Source: a bacterium
Lineage (GTDB): Bacteria; Patescibacteriota; Minisyncoccia; Phycocordibacterales; Phycocordibacteraceae
DNA length: 43,460 bases
Direction of reading: 5' to 3'
Assembly (NCBI GenBank): GCA_021817705.1
Contig: JAKAGB010000001.1
Span: 1-43,460, forward strand
Below, in pieces: positions 30,822 through 39,816 of the stretch. Below the pieces are notes generated by a model, which was not told where the DNA came from, did not search any database, and saw only the letters and a program-made list of their open reading frames with translations. Every line of letters starts with the position of its first letter. The first letter of the stretch is position 1. The translations under genes were made by a program, and so were the position numbers.

Positions 30822-32537
30822 TCATACCAGTTTCAGGTCGAGAAGCCGCAGGCGCACGGGCGCGCCGCGGGTGAACGTGTCGCGCTCGAGGTGGGCGATG
30901 AGGTGCGCGCGTGCATGCGGCGCGAGCGCGTCGGCGGTTTTTGCGAGCATACCTTTTGCAAAAAAAGTAACAGCGTCCATCGTGGTGCCCGACTCGTCTT
31001 TTAGGAGCGCTAGTTTTAGGTGTTCCTGTGCTTTGCCAAAACGCGAAACACGCACGACCGGAACCGAGCGGAACAAGAAGACCGGTTTTTCATTCTCTTG
31101 CCCGAACGGCGCAAGGCGCGAAAGTCGCTTCAAGAATTCGGGCGTCGCCTCGTGCGGTTCGAGCACCGCGTCAGCGCGCATCTCGAGTGGGTCTTCGGTT
31201 TTTGGCGCGAGCGAAGCGAGCGCCGCTTCGAGACGCGCTTCGAGATCGAACACCGCGTCTTCACGCACGGTGAAACCGCCCGAGGCCGCGTGCCCTCCGA
31301 ATTCTGCAAATGTATTTTGTGCTGCCTGCATGAGCTCAAGCGCATGTACCACGCCGCTCCGTACCGAACCTTTCGCCCCGCCGTTTCCCTCCCTGCCCCA
31401 CAGGAACACCGGGACGTTGTATTCGTCGGCAAGGTTTCCCGCGACGATGCCGAGCAGACTCGGTCGCCAGTCTGGGTCGCCGAGTGCGATAACCTTCCCT
31501 ATCGCGCGGTCTTTCATGCGCGAGTGTACCGCGCGCGTGATGGTGCCCGCTTCCGCTTTGCGTTTCCGATTCAGTGTTTCGAGCTTTGCCGCGAGCCGTT
31601 CGGCCTCACTCGCCTCTTTCGCGACGAACAGCTTGTAGGCGTCCACCGCGTCGCCCATGCGGCTCGCGGCATTTATGCGCGGCGCGAGCATGAAACCAAT
31701 GTCATCTTCGGAAATGAAGCGTTGGTTCACGCGCATCGCTTCGCACAATTTCTTAAGGCCGATGCGCGGCGATTTGCGCAGCACGAGGAGCCCGTAGGTG
31801 GCGAGCACGCGGTTCTCGCCGGTGAGTGGCACCATGTCGGCGACGGTCGCGATGCCAACCATATCGAGGAGCCATTTCTCCCATCCTTCCGGAATCTTCG
31901 CGCGGAGTTCCGGAGACACGAAGAGCGTGGCGCACACGAGTTTCCAAGCGACGCCCGCGCCGCACAATCCTTTGAATGGGTACGGTTCGTCGGCGCGCGC
32001 ATTCGGATTCACCACCGCGAATGCGTCCGGCAATGTTTCTTGCGGCAGGTGGTGGTCGGTGACGATAACATCGATGCCGAGCGCTTTCGCCCGCGCGACC
32101 GGCGCAAGGTCGGTGATGCCTGAGTCGGCGGTGACGATGAGCGTGACGCCGCGCGAAGCGAGCTGTTCCACGCCGTGCTCGTTCATGCCGTACCCTTCCG
32201 TGTGCCGGTGCGGAATGTACACTTCAAAATTCGCGCCGGCTTTTTCCAAAAAATCATGGAGCAGCACCGCGGCCGGAATGCCGTCGGCGTCGTAGTCGGT
32301 CCACGCGGCGATCTTTTCGCCGGAAAGAATGCCGTGCGCGAGCCGCTCCGCGGCTCGCGCCATATCGGTCATCAGGAGCGGATTATGCAGGTGCGTTTCG
32401 TATGACGGATTAAGGAACGCATCGGCAGCTTCCTTGCTTGTGACCCCACGGCGCGCGAGCAAGGCCGCAATCAAGTCGTCGTACTCCTGCAGTTCTTTGC
32501 GCAGCGCGTCGTCGAGCGGTTCGTGCAGGGGAAACAT
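30822..32537 (-). CDS. recJ: single-stranded-DNA-specific exonuclease RecJ
   Basis: DHH family motifs: TDYDADGI, VTADSGI, VIVTDHH, GGHAASGGF. Confidence 0.93.
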   Translation of the reverse strand: MFPLHEPLDDALRKELQEYDDLIAALLARRGVTSKEAADAFLNPSYETHLHNPLLMTDMARAAERLAHGILSGEKIAAWTDYDADGIPAAVLLHDFLEKAGANFEVYIPHRHTEGYGMNEHGVEQLASRGVTLIVTADSGITDLAPVARAKALGIDVIVTDHHLPQETLPDAFAVVNPNARADEPYPFKGLCGAGVAWKLVCATLFVSPELRAKIPEGWEKWLLDMVGIATVADMVPLTGENRVLATYGLLVLRKSPRIGLKKLCEAMRVNQRFISEDDIGFMLAPRINAASRMGDAVDAYKLFVAKEASEAERLAAKLETLNRKRKAEAGTITRAVHSRMKDRAIGKVIALGDPDWRPSLLGIVAGNLADEYNVPVFLWGREGNGGAKGSVRSGVVHALELMQAAQNTFAEFGGHAASGGFTVREDAVFDLEARLEAALASLAPKTEDPLEMRADAVLEPHEATPEFLKRLSRLAPFGQENEKPVFLFRSVPVVRVSRFGKAQEHLKLALLKDESGTTMDAVTFFAKGMLAKTADALAPHARAHLIAHLERDTFTRGAPVRLRLLDLKLV

Positions 32538-32546
32538 CGTCGTAGT

Positions 32547-32555
32547 AGGATACCA
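32547..32555 (-). promoter_or_regulatory. extended -10-like TGGTATCCT, 10 nt before the recJ ATG
   Basis: Minus strand reads TGGTATCCT actacgacg ATG. Confidence 0.4.
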
Positions 32556-32646
32556 AACTCACGGAAGACCCCCGTCGGAAGTTCATCGAGACCACGGGGT
32601 ATTCGAAAATCTCTGGAGCGAACTCGCCTTCCAGCTCCCGTTGGCG

Positions 32647-32652
32647 TACCAT
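32647..32652 (+). promoter_or_regulatory. -10-like TACCAT, 8 nt before ATG 32660 of the HIT gene
   Basis: GCG TACCAT gagcggc ATG. The ATG at 32651 lies inside the hexamer. Confidence 0.4.
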
Positions 32653-32659
32653 GAGCGGC

Positions 32660-33088
32660 ATGGGTGAAACTTCCAACGGGGCAAGTTGCGTATTTTGCAA
32701 AATAGCGCGCAAGGAAATCCCGGCGCGTGTCGTATATGAAGATGAGCACACGCTCGCGTTTCTCGACCACCTACCGAACACGGCCGGCCACACGCTCGTC
32801 ATCCCGAAGAAACACGCCACGAACATCTTTGACACGGATGCAGAAACGCTCATCCAGACGATGGAAACGGTGCGGAAGATTTCTCCTGCCGTGCGCGACG
32901 CCGTGGGCGGGAAAGGCGTGCACCTGAACTCGAATCATGGCGAAGCGGCGGGGCAGATCGTAATGCACCTCCACTTCCACATCATTCCGCGCCACGACCG
33001 GAGTGAATTTGAATTCTGGCCGCATCACGAAATCGACCAGGCAGAGGCCGACGTAATCGTCGAGAAAATAAAAACCGCGCTCGCGTAG
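32660..33088 (+). CDS. HIT family (histidine triad) nucleotide hydrolase
   Basis: CVFCKIARKEIPARVVYEDEH, AGHTLVIPKKH, HLHFHIIPR. ORF 32651..33088 with the second ATG preferred. Confidence 0.92.
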   Translation: MGETSNGASCVFCKIARKEIPARVVYEDEHTLAFLDHLPNTAGHTLVIPKKHATNIFDTDAETLIQTMETVRKISPAVRDAVGGKGVHLNSNHGEAAGQIVMHLHFHIIPRHDRSEFEFWPHHEIDQAEADVIVEKIKTALA

Positions 33089-33099
33089 AACGAGCGCGG
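33070..33099 (-). terminator. intrinsic terminator for the minus-strand 125-aa gene, embedded in the last codons of the HIT gene
   Basis: Minus strand reads CCGCGCTCG ttctacg CGAGCGCGG TTTTTATTTT. The HIT stop codon lies in the loop. Confidence 0.65.
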
Positions 33100-33104
33100 C
33101 ATGA

Positions 33105-33482
33105 TTATGCCGTTGCCGGCTGCCGCAAGGCGGCGAGGAGCGGCATGACGCCGAGCGGCAGGAGGAAGAGCCACAGGCTCATCCATCCGTAGGTGAACGG
33201 ATGCACCAGGTACCCGAAGAAGTACGCGGCGCTGAGGCACCCGACGACCGCAAAGCCGAAGTTCACACGCGGGCTCCACAGGGGAGCACGCACGAACGCT
33301 TCGTGCGTCGCGAGCCCGACACTTGCCACAAGGCAGATGAAGACCGCGCCATCGAAGGCGACGATGAAGAACGGCAGGAACCCGCCGATCGTGTCGAACG
33401 TGGTCGACACGAACTGGCCGAAGGCAAGCGCAATGAGCGCGAGCACCAGTGCGCCGATGGTGTTGAGGAGCGGATTATTCAT
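33105..33482 (-). CDS. hypothetical polytopic membrane protein (125 aa)
   Basis: Four hydrophobic helices. GGGAGG lies 5 nt before the ATG. Confidence 0.55.
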   Translation of the reverse strand: MNNPLLNTIGALVLALIALAFGQFVSTTFDTIGGFLPFFIVAFDGAVFICLVASVGLATHEAFVRAPLWSPRVNFGFAVVGCLSAAYFFGYLVHPFTYGWMSLWLFLLPLGVMPLLAALRQPATA

Positions 33483-33603
33483 TCTTTCCTCCCAAGGTAC
33501 ATGAGTGCCGACAGAGCACTCTTTCCTTTTATGCTACGCCGCCCGCAGGTGCCGTCAAGCGCACGCAGAGGATTCCGCGCTCGCTCCGCGAGCGCGGCAA
33601 AAG

Positions 33604-33628
33604 AAAAAAACCGGCGCGCATGCGCCGG
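33604..33628 (-). terminator. intrinsic terminator after the 130-aa membrane protein gene
   Basis: Minus strand reads CCGGCGC atgc GCGCCGG TTTTTTTCTTTT. Confidence 0.75.
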
Positions 33629-33634
33629 TTCCTG

Positions 33635-34027
33635 CTACTCCGTTGCTTCCAGGTACAGCGCTCGTATCACGAGAGAGAGCGCATGGAACGCGGGAAAAAG
33701 CAGCAGATCGTACCATGTCCACAGCGCAGCAATGCCGTGTTCGAACGGATTAACGAAAAATCCGTAAGGAAACAAGAGGAATACCGCGATAACGGAGATG
33801 CCAATCAGATATTCAGGATCGCCATAGGTGTCCCATCGTCCCGAATCGCCAAGAATGATGAGCCAAAACACAACGCCGATAAAGGCGCTGAATCCCGCAC
33901 CCCGAGCGCTGTCATCTGCCGAACCGAACGCTATGGCAGAATCATGTGCGAAACCGCCAAGCCACACCACGAACACGAGGCACACGAGTGCGAAGGCGAA
34001 CAGGATACTCCGGCTGAAAACGCTCAC
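33635..34027 (-). CDS. hypothetical polytopic membrane protein (130 aa)
   Basis: GTG start preceded by AAGGAGG with a 5-nt gap. Four hydrophobic helices. Confidence 0.55.
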   Translation of the reverse strand: MSVFSRSILFAFALVCLVFVVWLGGFAHDSAIAFGSADDSARGAGFSAFIGVVFWLIILGDSGRWDTYGDPEYLIGISVIAVFLLFPYGFFVNPFEHGIAALWTWYDLLLFPAFHALSLVIRALYLEATE

Positions 34028-34064
34028 GGCGTCCTCCTTTTATTTGGCCACTTCCGAAGGGAAA

Positions 34065-35231
34065 CTACGCGCCGTTTGGCGCTTTGTCAAGCGCCGCGAT
34101 GCCGGGCAAGGTGCCTTTGGCGAGGAAGTCGAGCATCGCGCCGCCACCCGTGGAAACGAACGAGAATTTGTCGAGTACGCCGAGTTTCTGTATGGCAGTG
34201 ATGGTGTCACCGCCGCCCACGATCGAGTGCGCGCCGGAGCTTGCGACGGCGCGCGCGAATGCATCGGTCGCATCCACGAACCCGTTTTCGTAATTTCCCA
34301 AAGGACCGTTCCAGAGCACCGTTTCGGCATCGTGCGCATGGGCGGCAAGCAGGGCGACCGTTTCGGGGCCGTGGTCAAGGATGACTTCATCCGGGCGCAC
34401 GTCGCCGCGCTTCGCGACGCGAGCATGGCGTTTCGCATCCGGTGTGCCGAGCGCGGCCTTCTTCACGACGACCGAATCGAGCGGCAAAAGGAGTTTCGGG
34501 TGGTGTGCGAGCTTCACGAGTGTCGGGTCAACCACGCCGGAGGTGAGCGACTGCCCCACTTCTTGTCCGAGAGCCTGTATGAAATCGTTCGCGAGCGCGC
34601 CGCCCACAAACACGCGGTCATAAGTAGGAAGCAGCGCTTCGAGCACTGCTTCTTTCGTGCCGAACTTCGCGCCGCCTACCACTGCAAAGGCTGGATGTTT
34701 CGGTTTTTTTGCGTCGGTAAGCGCGGCGACTTCCGCCTCCAACTGAAGGCCGGCATAGCTTGGCAAAAGCTCCGGTACGCCAACGATGGACGCGTGCGCG
34801 CGATGGCAGGTGTCGAACGAATCTTCGACGAACGCATCGCCAAGCTCCGCGAGCGCTTTTGCAAAGGCCGGGTCGTTTTTCTTTTCGCCCGCGTTGCGGC
34901 GCAGGTTTTCCATCACGAGGATGCTGCTGGGTGTCATGCCGCGCACGGCCGCGCGTGCTTCGCTGCCCACGGTGTATGGACAGAATGAGACACCGCGCAC
35001 GAGTTCGCCGAGCGCTTTAGCAACTGGCGCGAGCGTTTCCGTGCCGAGCTCGCCGATGTGGCTTATGACTACCACGCGCGCGCCTTGTTCTGCGAGGAAC
35101 CGCAGCGTCGGCGCCGTGCGCGTGAGCCGGAACGTGTCGGCGACGATGCCATTCGCGATGGGTTCGTTCAAAGACGCGCGCACGAGTATGGGAATGTTCT
35201 CGAACGACGGGATGTCGCGAACGCTCCGCAT
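34065..35231 (-). CDS. pgk: phosphoglycerate kinase
   Basis: 388 aa from MRSVRDIP. ILVRASLNEP, VVVISHIG, FAVVGGAKFGTK, WNGPLGNYE, GGGDT, STGGGA. Confidence 0.95.
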   Translation of the reverse strand: MRSVRDIPSFENIPILVRASLNEPIANGIVADTFRLTRTAPTLRFLAEQGARVVVISHIGELGTETLAPVAKALGELVRGVSFCPYTVGSEARAAVRGMTPSSILVMENLRRNAGEKKNDPAFAKALAELGDAFVEDSFDTCHRAHASIVGVPELLPSYAGLQLEAEVAALTDAKKPKHPAFAVVGGAKFGTKEAVLEALLPTYDRVFVGGALANDFIQALGQEVGQSLTSGVVDPTLVKLAHHPKLLLPLDSVVVKKAALGTPDAKRHARVAKRGDVRPDEVILDHGPETVALLAAHAHDAETVLWNGPLGNYENGFVDATDAFARAVASSGAHSIVGGGDTITAIQKLGVLDKFSFVSTGGGAMLDFLAKGTLPGIAALDKAPNGA

Positions 35232-35232
35232 G

Positions 35233-35976
35233 CTATAAAACCGCGCGCACCAGGTTGCTGAATGTCTTCGGGTCGACCGATGCGTGGCCGACGAGGAACC
35301 CGTCGACGCCGGTGCCGCCCGCGAGGTCGCGCGCGCCCTCAGGCTCCACCGAGCCGCCATACAGGATGCGCGTCTTCGCCGGATTTTTTCCGGGCAAGAG
35401 CTCGGCGAGCACTTTGCGGAGGTAGAGCACCATCTCGGCAAGGTCGTTCGGATTGATGGCATCCGCCGCGGTCTTCCCTATCGCCCAGATGGGTTCGTAG
35501 GCAAGCACCACCTGTGCGCGTTCCTTGGGTTCGAGCCGCTCGAGCGCTGCGGTGATTTCGGCGCGGACGAAGGAAAGGTAGTGCCCTTCAAGGTCGCGTT
35601 CGCGTTCGCCGACGCAGAGTACCGGCGTCATGCCCTCTGCGAGCGCATGCCGGAGCTTCAGCGCGATGGTCGCGTCCGTCTCGCCCATGGCGCGGCGCTC
35701 CGAGTGGCCGACGATGGCGTAGGAAGCGCCCGCGGCCGCGTATGCGGCCGCGGTATTCTCTCCGGTCGCTGCGCCGCCCGTGCTCGCAGAAACGTCTTGC
35801 GCCGAAAACGCAACACGCGAGCGGTTCTTTGCGGAAAGCAGAGAAAGCAAGGGCGCGGGCGGCGCGAGCACGAGCTCGTGCTTCGACGCGCTCGCGAGGC
35901 GTTTCGCCGTGGCATACAGCTTTTTCGCCTGAGCGGCCTCTTCTACGTACGCTTTCCAGTTAGCGATGATGAGCAT
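35233..35976 (-). CDS. tpiA: triosephosphate isomerase
   Basis: IIANWK, AIVGHSERR, LAYEPIWAIGT-like (AYEPIWAIGK), ILYGGSV. Confidence 0.95.
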   Translation of the reverse strand: MLIIANWKAYVEEAAQAKKLYATAKRLASASKHELVLAPPAPLLSLLSAKNRSRVAFSAQDVSASTGGAATGENTAAAYAAAGASYAIVGHSERRAMGETDATIALKLRHALAEGMTPVLCVGERERDLEGHYLSFVRAEITAALERLEPKERAQVVLAYEPIWAIGKTAADAINPNDLAEMVLYLRKVLAELLPGKNPAKTRILYGGSVEPEGARDLAGGTGVDGFLVGHASVDPKTFSNLVRAVL

Positions 35977-35982
35977 GGGTAC

Positions 35983-35991
35983 ATAGTACCA
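35983..35991 (-). promoter_or_regulatory. extended -10 TGGTACTAT, 7 nt before the tpiA ATG
   Basis: Minus strand reads TGGTACTAT gtaccc ATG. Confidence 0.5.
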
Positions 35992-36006
35992 GGAAGAGGG
36001 CTCGCT

Positions 36007-36031
36007 GCCCGCGCCGCGGAGCGGCGCGGGC
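36007..36031 (-). terminator. perfect 11-bp GC hairpin overlapping the stop of the PilX-like gene (no U-tract)
   Basis: GCCCGCGCCGC gga GCGGCGCGGGC. Confidence 0.4.
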
Positions 36032-37437
36032 TACTTTTGTCGCCAGTCCACGAACGTGTAGTTCGTCGAAAGTATGGGCGTGAACGGCGGCGGGTCGGTC
36101 GCGAGCGCGCGGTCCGGGTAGTCCACCGTGTTCACGTAGCCGCCCACGGGGTTGCCGCTCCCGTCCACATACGTTTCTGCAGACTGGAGCGCAGAAAGAA
36201 CGGTGCCCATCACGGTGAGCGTGCCGCGCGGCTCGTAGGAGCCGCCCGCATAGCCGTAGTAGTTCCTGCCGAAGACGCCGCTCTGCGCGACGAACACGCC
36301 CGAAATCGACATGTCCTGCGGCGAATTCGGCGTAATGAGCACGTCGTGCGATGCGATGACCGTGAGGCCGTCCGAACCATCTGCCGAAGCATACGTGATG
36401 TTGCCCGGCAGGTACGCGTTCGGCGTCACGTTCGCGGTTGTCACGTTCGCAACCACCACCGTCACCTTCGCAGGAATCGTGCCTTCTATCCACGCGTTGT
36501 CTTCCACGAATATGAGCCCGCAGTTCGCCGGTATCGGGACCGTCTCATACGAAACCTGATTGCCCATGAGCGCGTAGTCGCTGCCGTACGTATTGCTGTC
36601 CAAGAGGTACACATTCGAGAGCCGGTTCGGTTGCGCCTTGTATATGGTGACCGTGCCGTTCGCGTTAAAGACGAGGTGGTAGCCCTTGTAGTACGCCGTG
36701 CTGTTGCTGTTGCCCGAACTGTAACGCGGCAGGTAGATGCCGCTCGACTGCGCTATCGATTTCAGGTTCGCGAAGTTCGCGGCGATGCCGTTGAAGTCGA
36801 TGGTGGGCGTCGGATACTGCCAGAGGCTCGCGTTCGTGCCGCTGCCGAAGACGCCCGGCTCGGTCTTGCTCGGCGAGCAGCCGTATGAAGACGTGCAGGT
36901 CCAGGTGGATACCGAACTCGAGACCTGCGCATTCGCCGTGCCGTCCATGCGGATGCCGTTGTTCGAGTGGTATGGGCCGTTTACGACGTCCGAAGAGCCG
37001 ATCCATACGCTCGCGTTCGAGACGAAGTCGTAGGAGGCGATGGAGGGCTCCGCATAGCGCGCCTCGAGCGTCACCGGCTGGGTGGAATCGTCCGCCGCGG
37101 TTCCTGTGGAGTCGAGCGTGAGCGAGGTGGTCTGCCCGCACGCGGTGTTCGGGGTGATCGCGAGCGATGCGGTACCAGCCGTGCCCCCTGAGGGGTCGGG
37201 TATGGGAATCGCGTAGGGTCCCGGGAGGCCGGTGCCATTCTGTAGATCGGTCGGGAAATGCGCAAGATGCCAGCGGTAGTACTCGAGCCCCGCTTCGGCC
37301 ACGTTGAACGCTTCGGCACGGACGCGCGTCGCGTCATTCGCGCGATTCTCCGAGAGCACGTAGCCCGAGAGCGCAGCCAGGACCGCGAGGAAGATGCCGC
37401 CGAACACGAGCACGAGGAGCGTAATAGAGCCGCGCAT
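36031..37437 (-). CDS. PilX-N-like large pilus-associated protein (468 aa)
   Basis: MRGSITLLVLVFGGIFLAVLAAL N-terminus followed by AFNVAEAGLEYYRWHL (PilX_N-like by eye). Ser/Thr/Asn/Gly-rich beta region. Confidence 0.6.
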   Translation of the reverse strand: MRGSITLLVLVFGGIFLAVLAALSGYVLSENRANDATRVRAEAFNVAEAGLEYYRWHLAHFPTDLQNGTGLPGPYAIPIPDPSGGTAGTASLAITPNTACGQTTSLTLDSTGTAADDSTQPVTLEARYAEPSIASYDFVSNASVWIGSSDVVNGPYHSNNGIRMDGTANAQVSSSVSTWTCTSSYGCSPSKTEPGVFGSGTNASLWQYPTPTIDFNGIAANFANLKSIAQSSGIYLPRYSSGNSNSTAYYKGYHLVFNANGTVTIYKAQPNRLSNVYLLDSNTYGSDYALMGNQVSYETVPIPANCGLIFVEDNAWIEGTIPAKVTVVVANVTTANVTPNAYLPGNITYASADGSDGLTVIASHDVLITPNSPQDMSISGVFVAQSGVFGRNYYGYAGGSYEPRGTLTVMGTVLSALQSAETYVDGSGNPVGGYVNTVDYPDRALATDPPPFTPILSTNYTFVDWRQK

Positions 37438-37438
37438 A

Positions 37439-38080
37439 CTATTGGTTCATATTATGCAGGTTGCGCAGGGTCGCGCTGCCGAGAAGCGTGTACACGTCGG
37501 GCGCGCGGTTCGGATTCACGTCCGTCATCGCCGTGATGCGCACCGAAGCGACCGCAGAAAGCGATACCGGTTCGGTGAGCTCCACGCCGTTCGCGTCGTA
37601 GTAGGTGAAGAGCGGCGTCGAGGTGCCGTTCCGGATGTTATCGATGACGAGCGTCGTCGTTTCCGGCTGTCCGCCATAGGTGAGCGGCGTACCGGCCGGT
37701 TCCGTAATGCCGCGATAGAGCGTCGTACCCGAAAGGTAGTAGCGTACCTTGTCGACGGCCGTGTCCTGGTCGACCTGTGCGTAGAACGTGACGGTCGAGG
37801 TTGCGGCCGCCGCGAGCGGATAGGAACCGTCCGCGCCGTAGGAAGCGCCGCGCAGGTCGTTCATCGCACTCTCAACCGAACGGCGCGCGCTCGAGAGCGC
37901 CTGGGTCGACTCGAGTACGTACGCATTCGTCACGTAGAAATAACGGATGAGTTGCGCGAGCGCCACGAGGATGAAGGCGGTGAGCGCGACGACGACGACC
38001 GTCTCGACGAGGGTCATGCCGCGCGCCGCGGAGCGGCGCGCGTATCCGCCGAATGCATGACTACGGGAAGTTCGCATCAT
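37439..38080 (-). CDS. prepilin-type N-terminal cleavage/methylation domain pseudopilin (PilW/GspJ-like)
   Basis: ARG-MTLVETVVVVALTAFILVAL class III signal with Glu at +5. Confidence 0.8.
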   Translation of the reverse strand: MMRTSRSHAFGGYARRSAARGMTLVETVVVVALTAFILVALAQLIRYFYVTNAYVLESTQALSSARRSVESAMNDLRGASYGADGSYPLAAAATSTVTFYAQVDQDTAVDKVRYYLSGTTLYRGITEPAGTPLTYGGQPETTTLVIDNIRNGTSTPLFTYYDANGVELTEPVSLSAVASVRITAMTDVNPNRAPDVYTLLGSATLRNLHNMNQ

Positions 38081-39776
38081 AGGTGGTTGCGCCGGAAATG
38101 GTGAGGCCGCTCACGGTCACGGTCGTATAGCCTGATTTTGCCACGGTGAGCGAGTAGTCGCTCGCATTCGCGAGGCTGCCGAAATATGCGGAGCCGCACG
38201 CGGAGCTCGCAACCGTTTCGCTAAATCCGGTGCGCGAAAGCGTGACGCTAGCCTGCCCCACCGGCGCACCGGTGTTATCGAGCACGAGCACCCGCAGCGA
38301 ATTCGCGGTCGCCGGCACTACGGTCACGCGTTCGCGCTCGCTCGCGCCCGGCGAGAGCGCATAGGGCGGCGCCGTGCATGCATCGACGAGGTCATAGCTC
38401 GGGATGCTGAGCGCGTACGTGTCCCACTCGAGGTTAGAAGAGTACACGCCGGTCGCATCGGTCGCGCTCGAGATGATCGTCTTCGGTATCGGCGTTCCGT
38501 CACTCTTCGTGCCGATAATCTTCGCGCCAGTGAGCGTGAATGCGACGGCGGGCAGGGGCGTGGGGCCCTCGGTGTAGGAGAGCGACCAGCCAGAAACGGA
38601 AGGCTCGGTCGTGCCGCCTGAGGTGAAGGTCGCGCCGACCGCGAGCGATGGGTAGGTGGTGGTTGAAACGGTTTCGAGCGGAATCGGGAACGAGGAGAAC
38701 CCGGCGGCGTTTCCAGGCAGCACGGTATCGGGAAGCAGGTTACCGCTCGCGTCATATATATGTATGAGCGCGGTCGCGCCCGTAGGAACGCTCGTGGTCG
38801 CCATCGCCTGCCCCCACGACGCGAGGCGCGAAGACGTGGTGGCCACCGCGCGCGCGTATCCGCTCGTGTCGCCCGGCACGACGGTAAGGGAGCCGTTCGT
38901 GACGGTGGTCGAAGCAGACACGGCAATCTTCGAGGTGTCGGCAAATGCGTCGGCGAAAGTGGAGGTGGCGATGGGCGCGTAGGTGGCGAGCGAGAACGCG
39001 TTCAGGAGGTCGATGGCGAAGGTCTGTGTGGTGGTCTGGTTCGCTACGACGGTGAGGTACCCCGGGCTCGGATTCTGGTTCGTGCTGTCGACCGCGTACG
39101 TTTGCGCGCTCGAATAGCCGCTCTTCGAGACCGAGACCTGATACGCGGTCGAGGTGGCGGCACCCGGCAGGAATACCACGCCGGCGGTGTTCGTCGTGGC
39201 GGTCACGTCTACGGCAGGCGAGACGGCCGCATTCACGATGTGGACGGACGCACCAGGAACCGCCGCGCCGCTCGCGTTCACTACGTTTACGGCGAGCGTT
39301 CCGCCGCCATTATTCGACTCGATGCCGGGCGGCGCGAATTCCGACACGAGCGCCACGGAGCGTGGCGAGCCGCCGGCTTCGTACGATACGGACACGAGTG
39401 CGCGCTTGTAGTCGGTCGTGATGCCGTTCGTATCATTCACGCCCGTCCCGTCTGCCGGATCGTCTACGTATTCTATGAACGTGTGCGTCACGTACGTAAA
39501 GCCATCCTCGGTCGTGGTCGCGTATTCCGGCACGATACCCGAAGGAATGCCGCCTTCAGTGCCGAGGTTGGCGTAGGTGAGCGAGCGCAGGTATTCCATC
39601 TGCACCTGCGCGGTCGCGGTTGCGCCGGCTTTCGCCTTTGCGAGCGACGAGACGAGGAGCGACGCGCGCAATACGCCCATGAGCGCGAGAAGGAGTACGG
39701 ACAGGAGTGCGACCCCGACGACGACGTCGATGAGGCTCATGCCGCGCCGCGCAAAGGTACGGGACATCATCTGCAT
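38061..39776 (-). CDS. very large prepilin-type protein (571 aa, PilV-like N-terminus plus carboxypeptidase-regulatory-like beta domains)
   Basis: RRG-MSLIDVVVGVALLSVLLLAL with Asp at +5. Repeated VNVVNASGAAVPGASV / VLVLDNTGAPVGQASV type segments. Confidence 0.75.
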   Translation of the reverse strand: MQMMSRTFARRGMSLIDVVVGVALLSVLLLALMGVLRASLLVSSLAKAKAGATATAQVQMEYLRSLTYANLGTEGGIPSGIVPEYATTTEDGFTYVTHTFIEYVDDPADGTGVNDTNGITTDYKRALVSVSYEAGGSPRSVALVSEFAPPGIESNNGGGTLAVNVVNASGAAVPGASVHIVNAAVSPAVDVTATTNTAGVVFLPGAATSTAYQVSVSKSGYSSAQTYAVDSTNQNPSPGYLTVVANQTTTQTFAIDLLNAFSLATYAPIATSTFADAFADTSKIAVSASTTVTNGSLTVVPGDTSGYARAVATTSSRLASWGQAMATTSVPTGATALIHIYDASGNLLPDTVLPGNAAGFSSFPIPLETVSTTTYPSLAVGATFTSGGTTEPSVSGWSLSYTEGPTPLPAVAFTLTGAKIIGTKSDGTPIPKTIISSATDATGVYSSNLEWDTYALSIPSYDLVDACTAPPYALSPGASERERVTVVPATANSLRVLVLDNTGAPVGQASVTLSRTGFSETVASSACGSAYFGSLANASDYSLTVAKSGYTTVTVSGLTISGATTYDANFP

Positions 39777-39785
39777 GATAGCGCA

Positions 39786-39816
39786 TAAAAAACGCGCGCC
39801 GCATTGCGGCGCGCGT
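39786..39816 (-). terminator. intrinsic terminator ending 10 nt upstream of the 571-aa pseudopilin ATG
   Basis: Minus strand reads ACGCGCGCCGC aat GCGGCGCGCGT TTTTTAT. The stem overlaps the stop codon of the 116-aa ORF. Confidence 0.7.

Noticed and set aside
31020-32123. 367-aa plus-strand ORF (and 30871..31638)
   Set aside because: It is antisense to recJ, which carries the DHH/DHHA1 motifs. The translation is Arg/Phe/His-rich with no motif.
33828-36888. Plus-strand ORFs 33828..34988 (386 aa) and 35284..36888 (534 aa)
   Set aside because: They are antisense to pgk, tpiA and the PilX-like gene. The glycolytic enzymes are unambiguous, and these frames are Arg/Ala/Gly-rich artefacts.
38760-39788. 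342-aa plus-strand ORF
   Set aside because: It is antisense to the 571-aa prepilin-type gene, and more than a quarter of its residues are Arg/Gly. The minus frame has a clear class III signal sequence.
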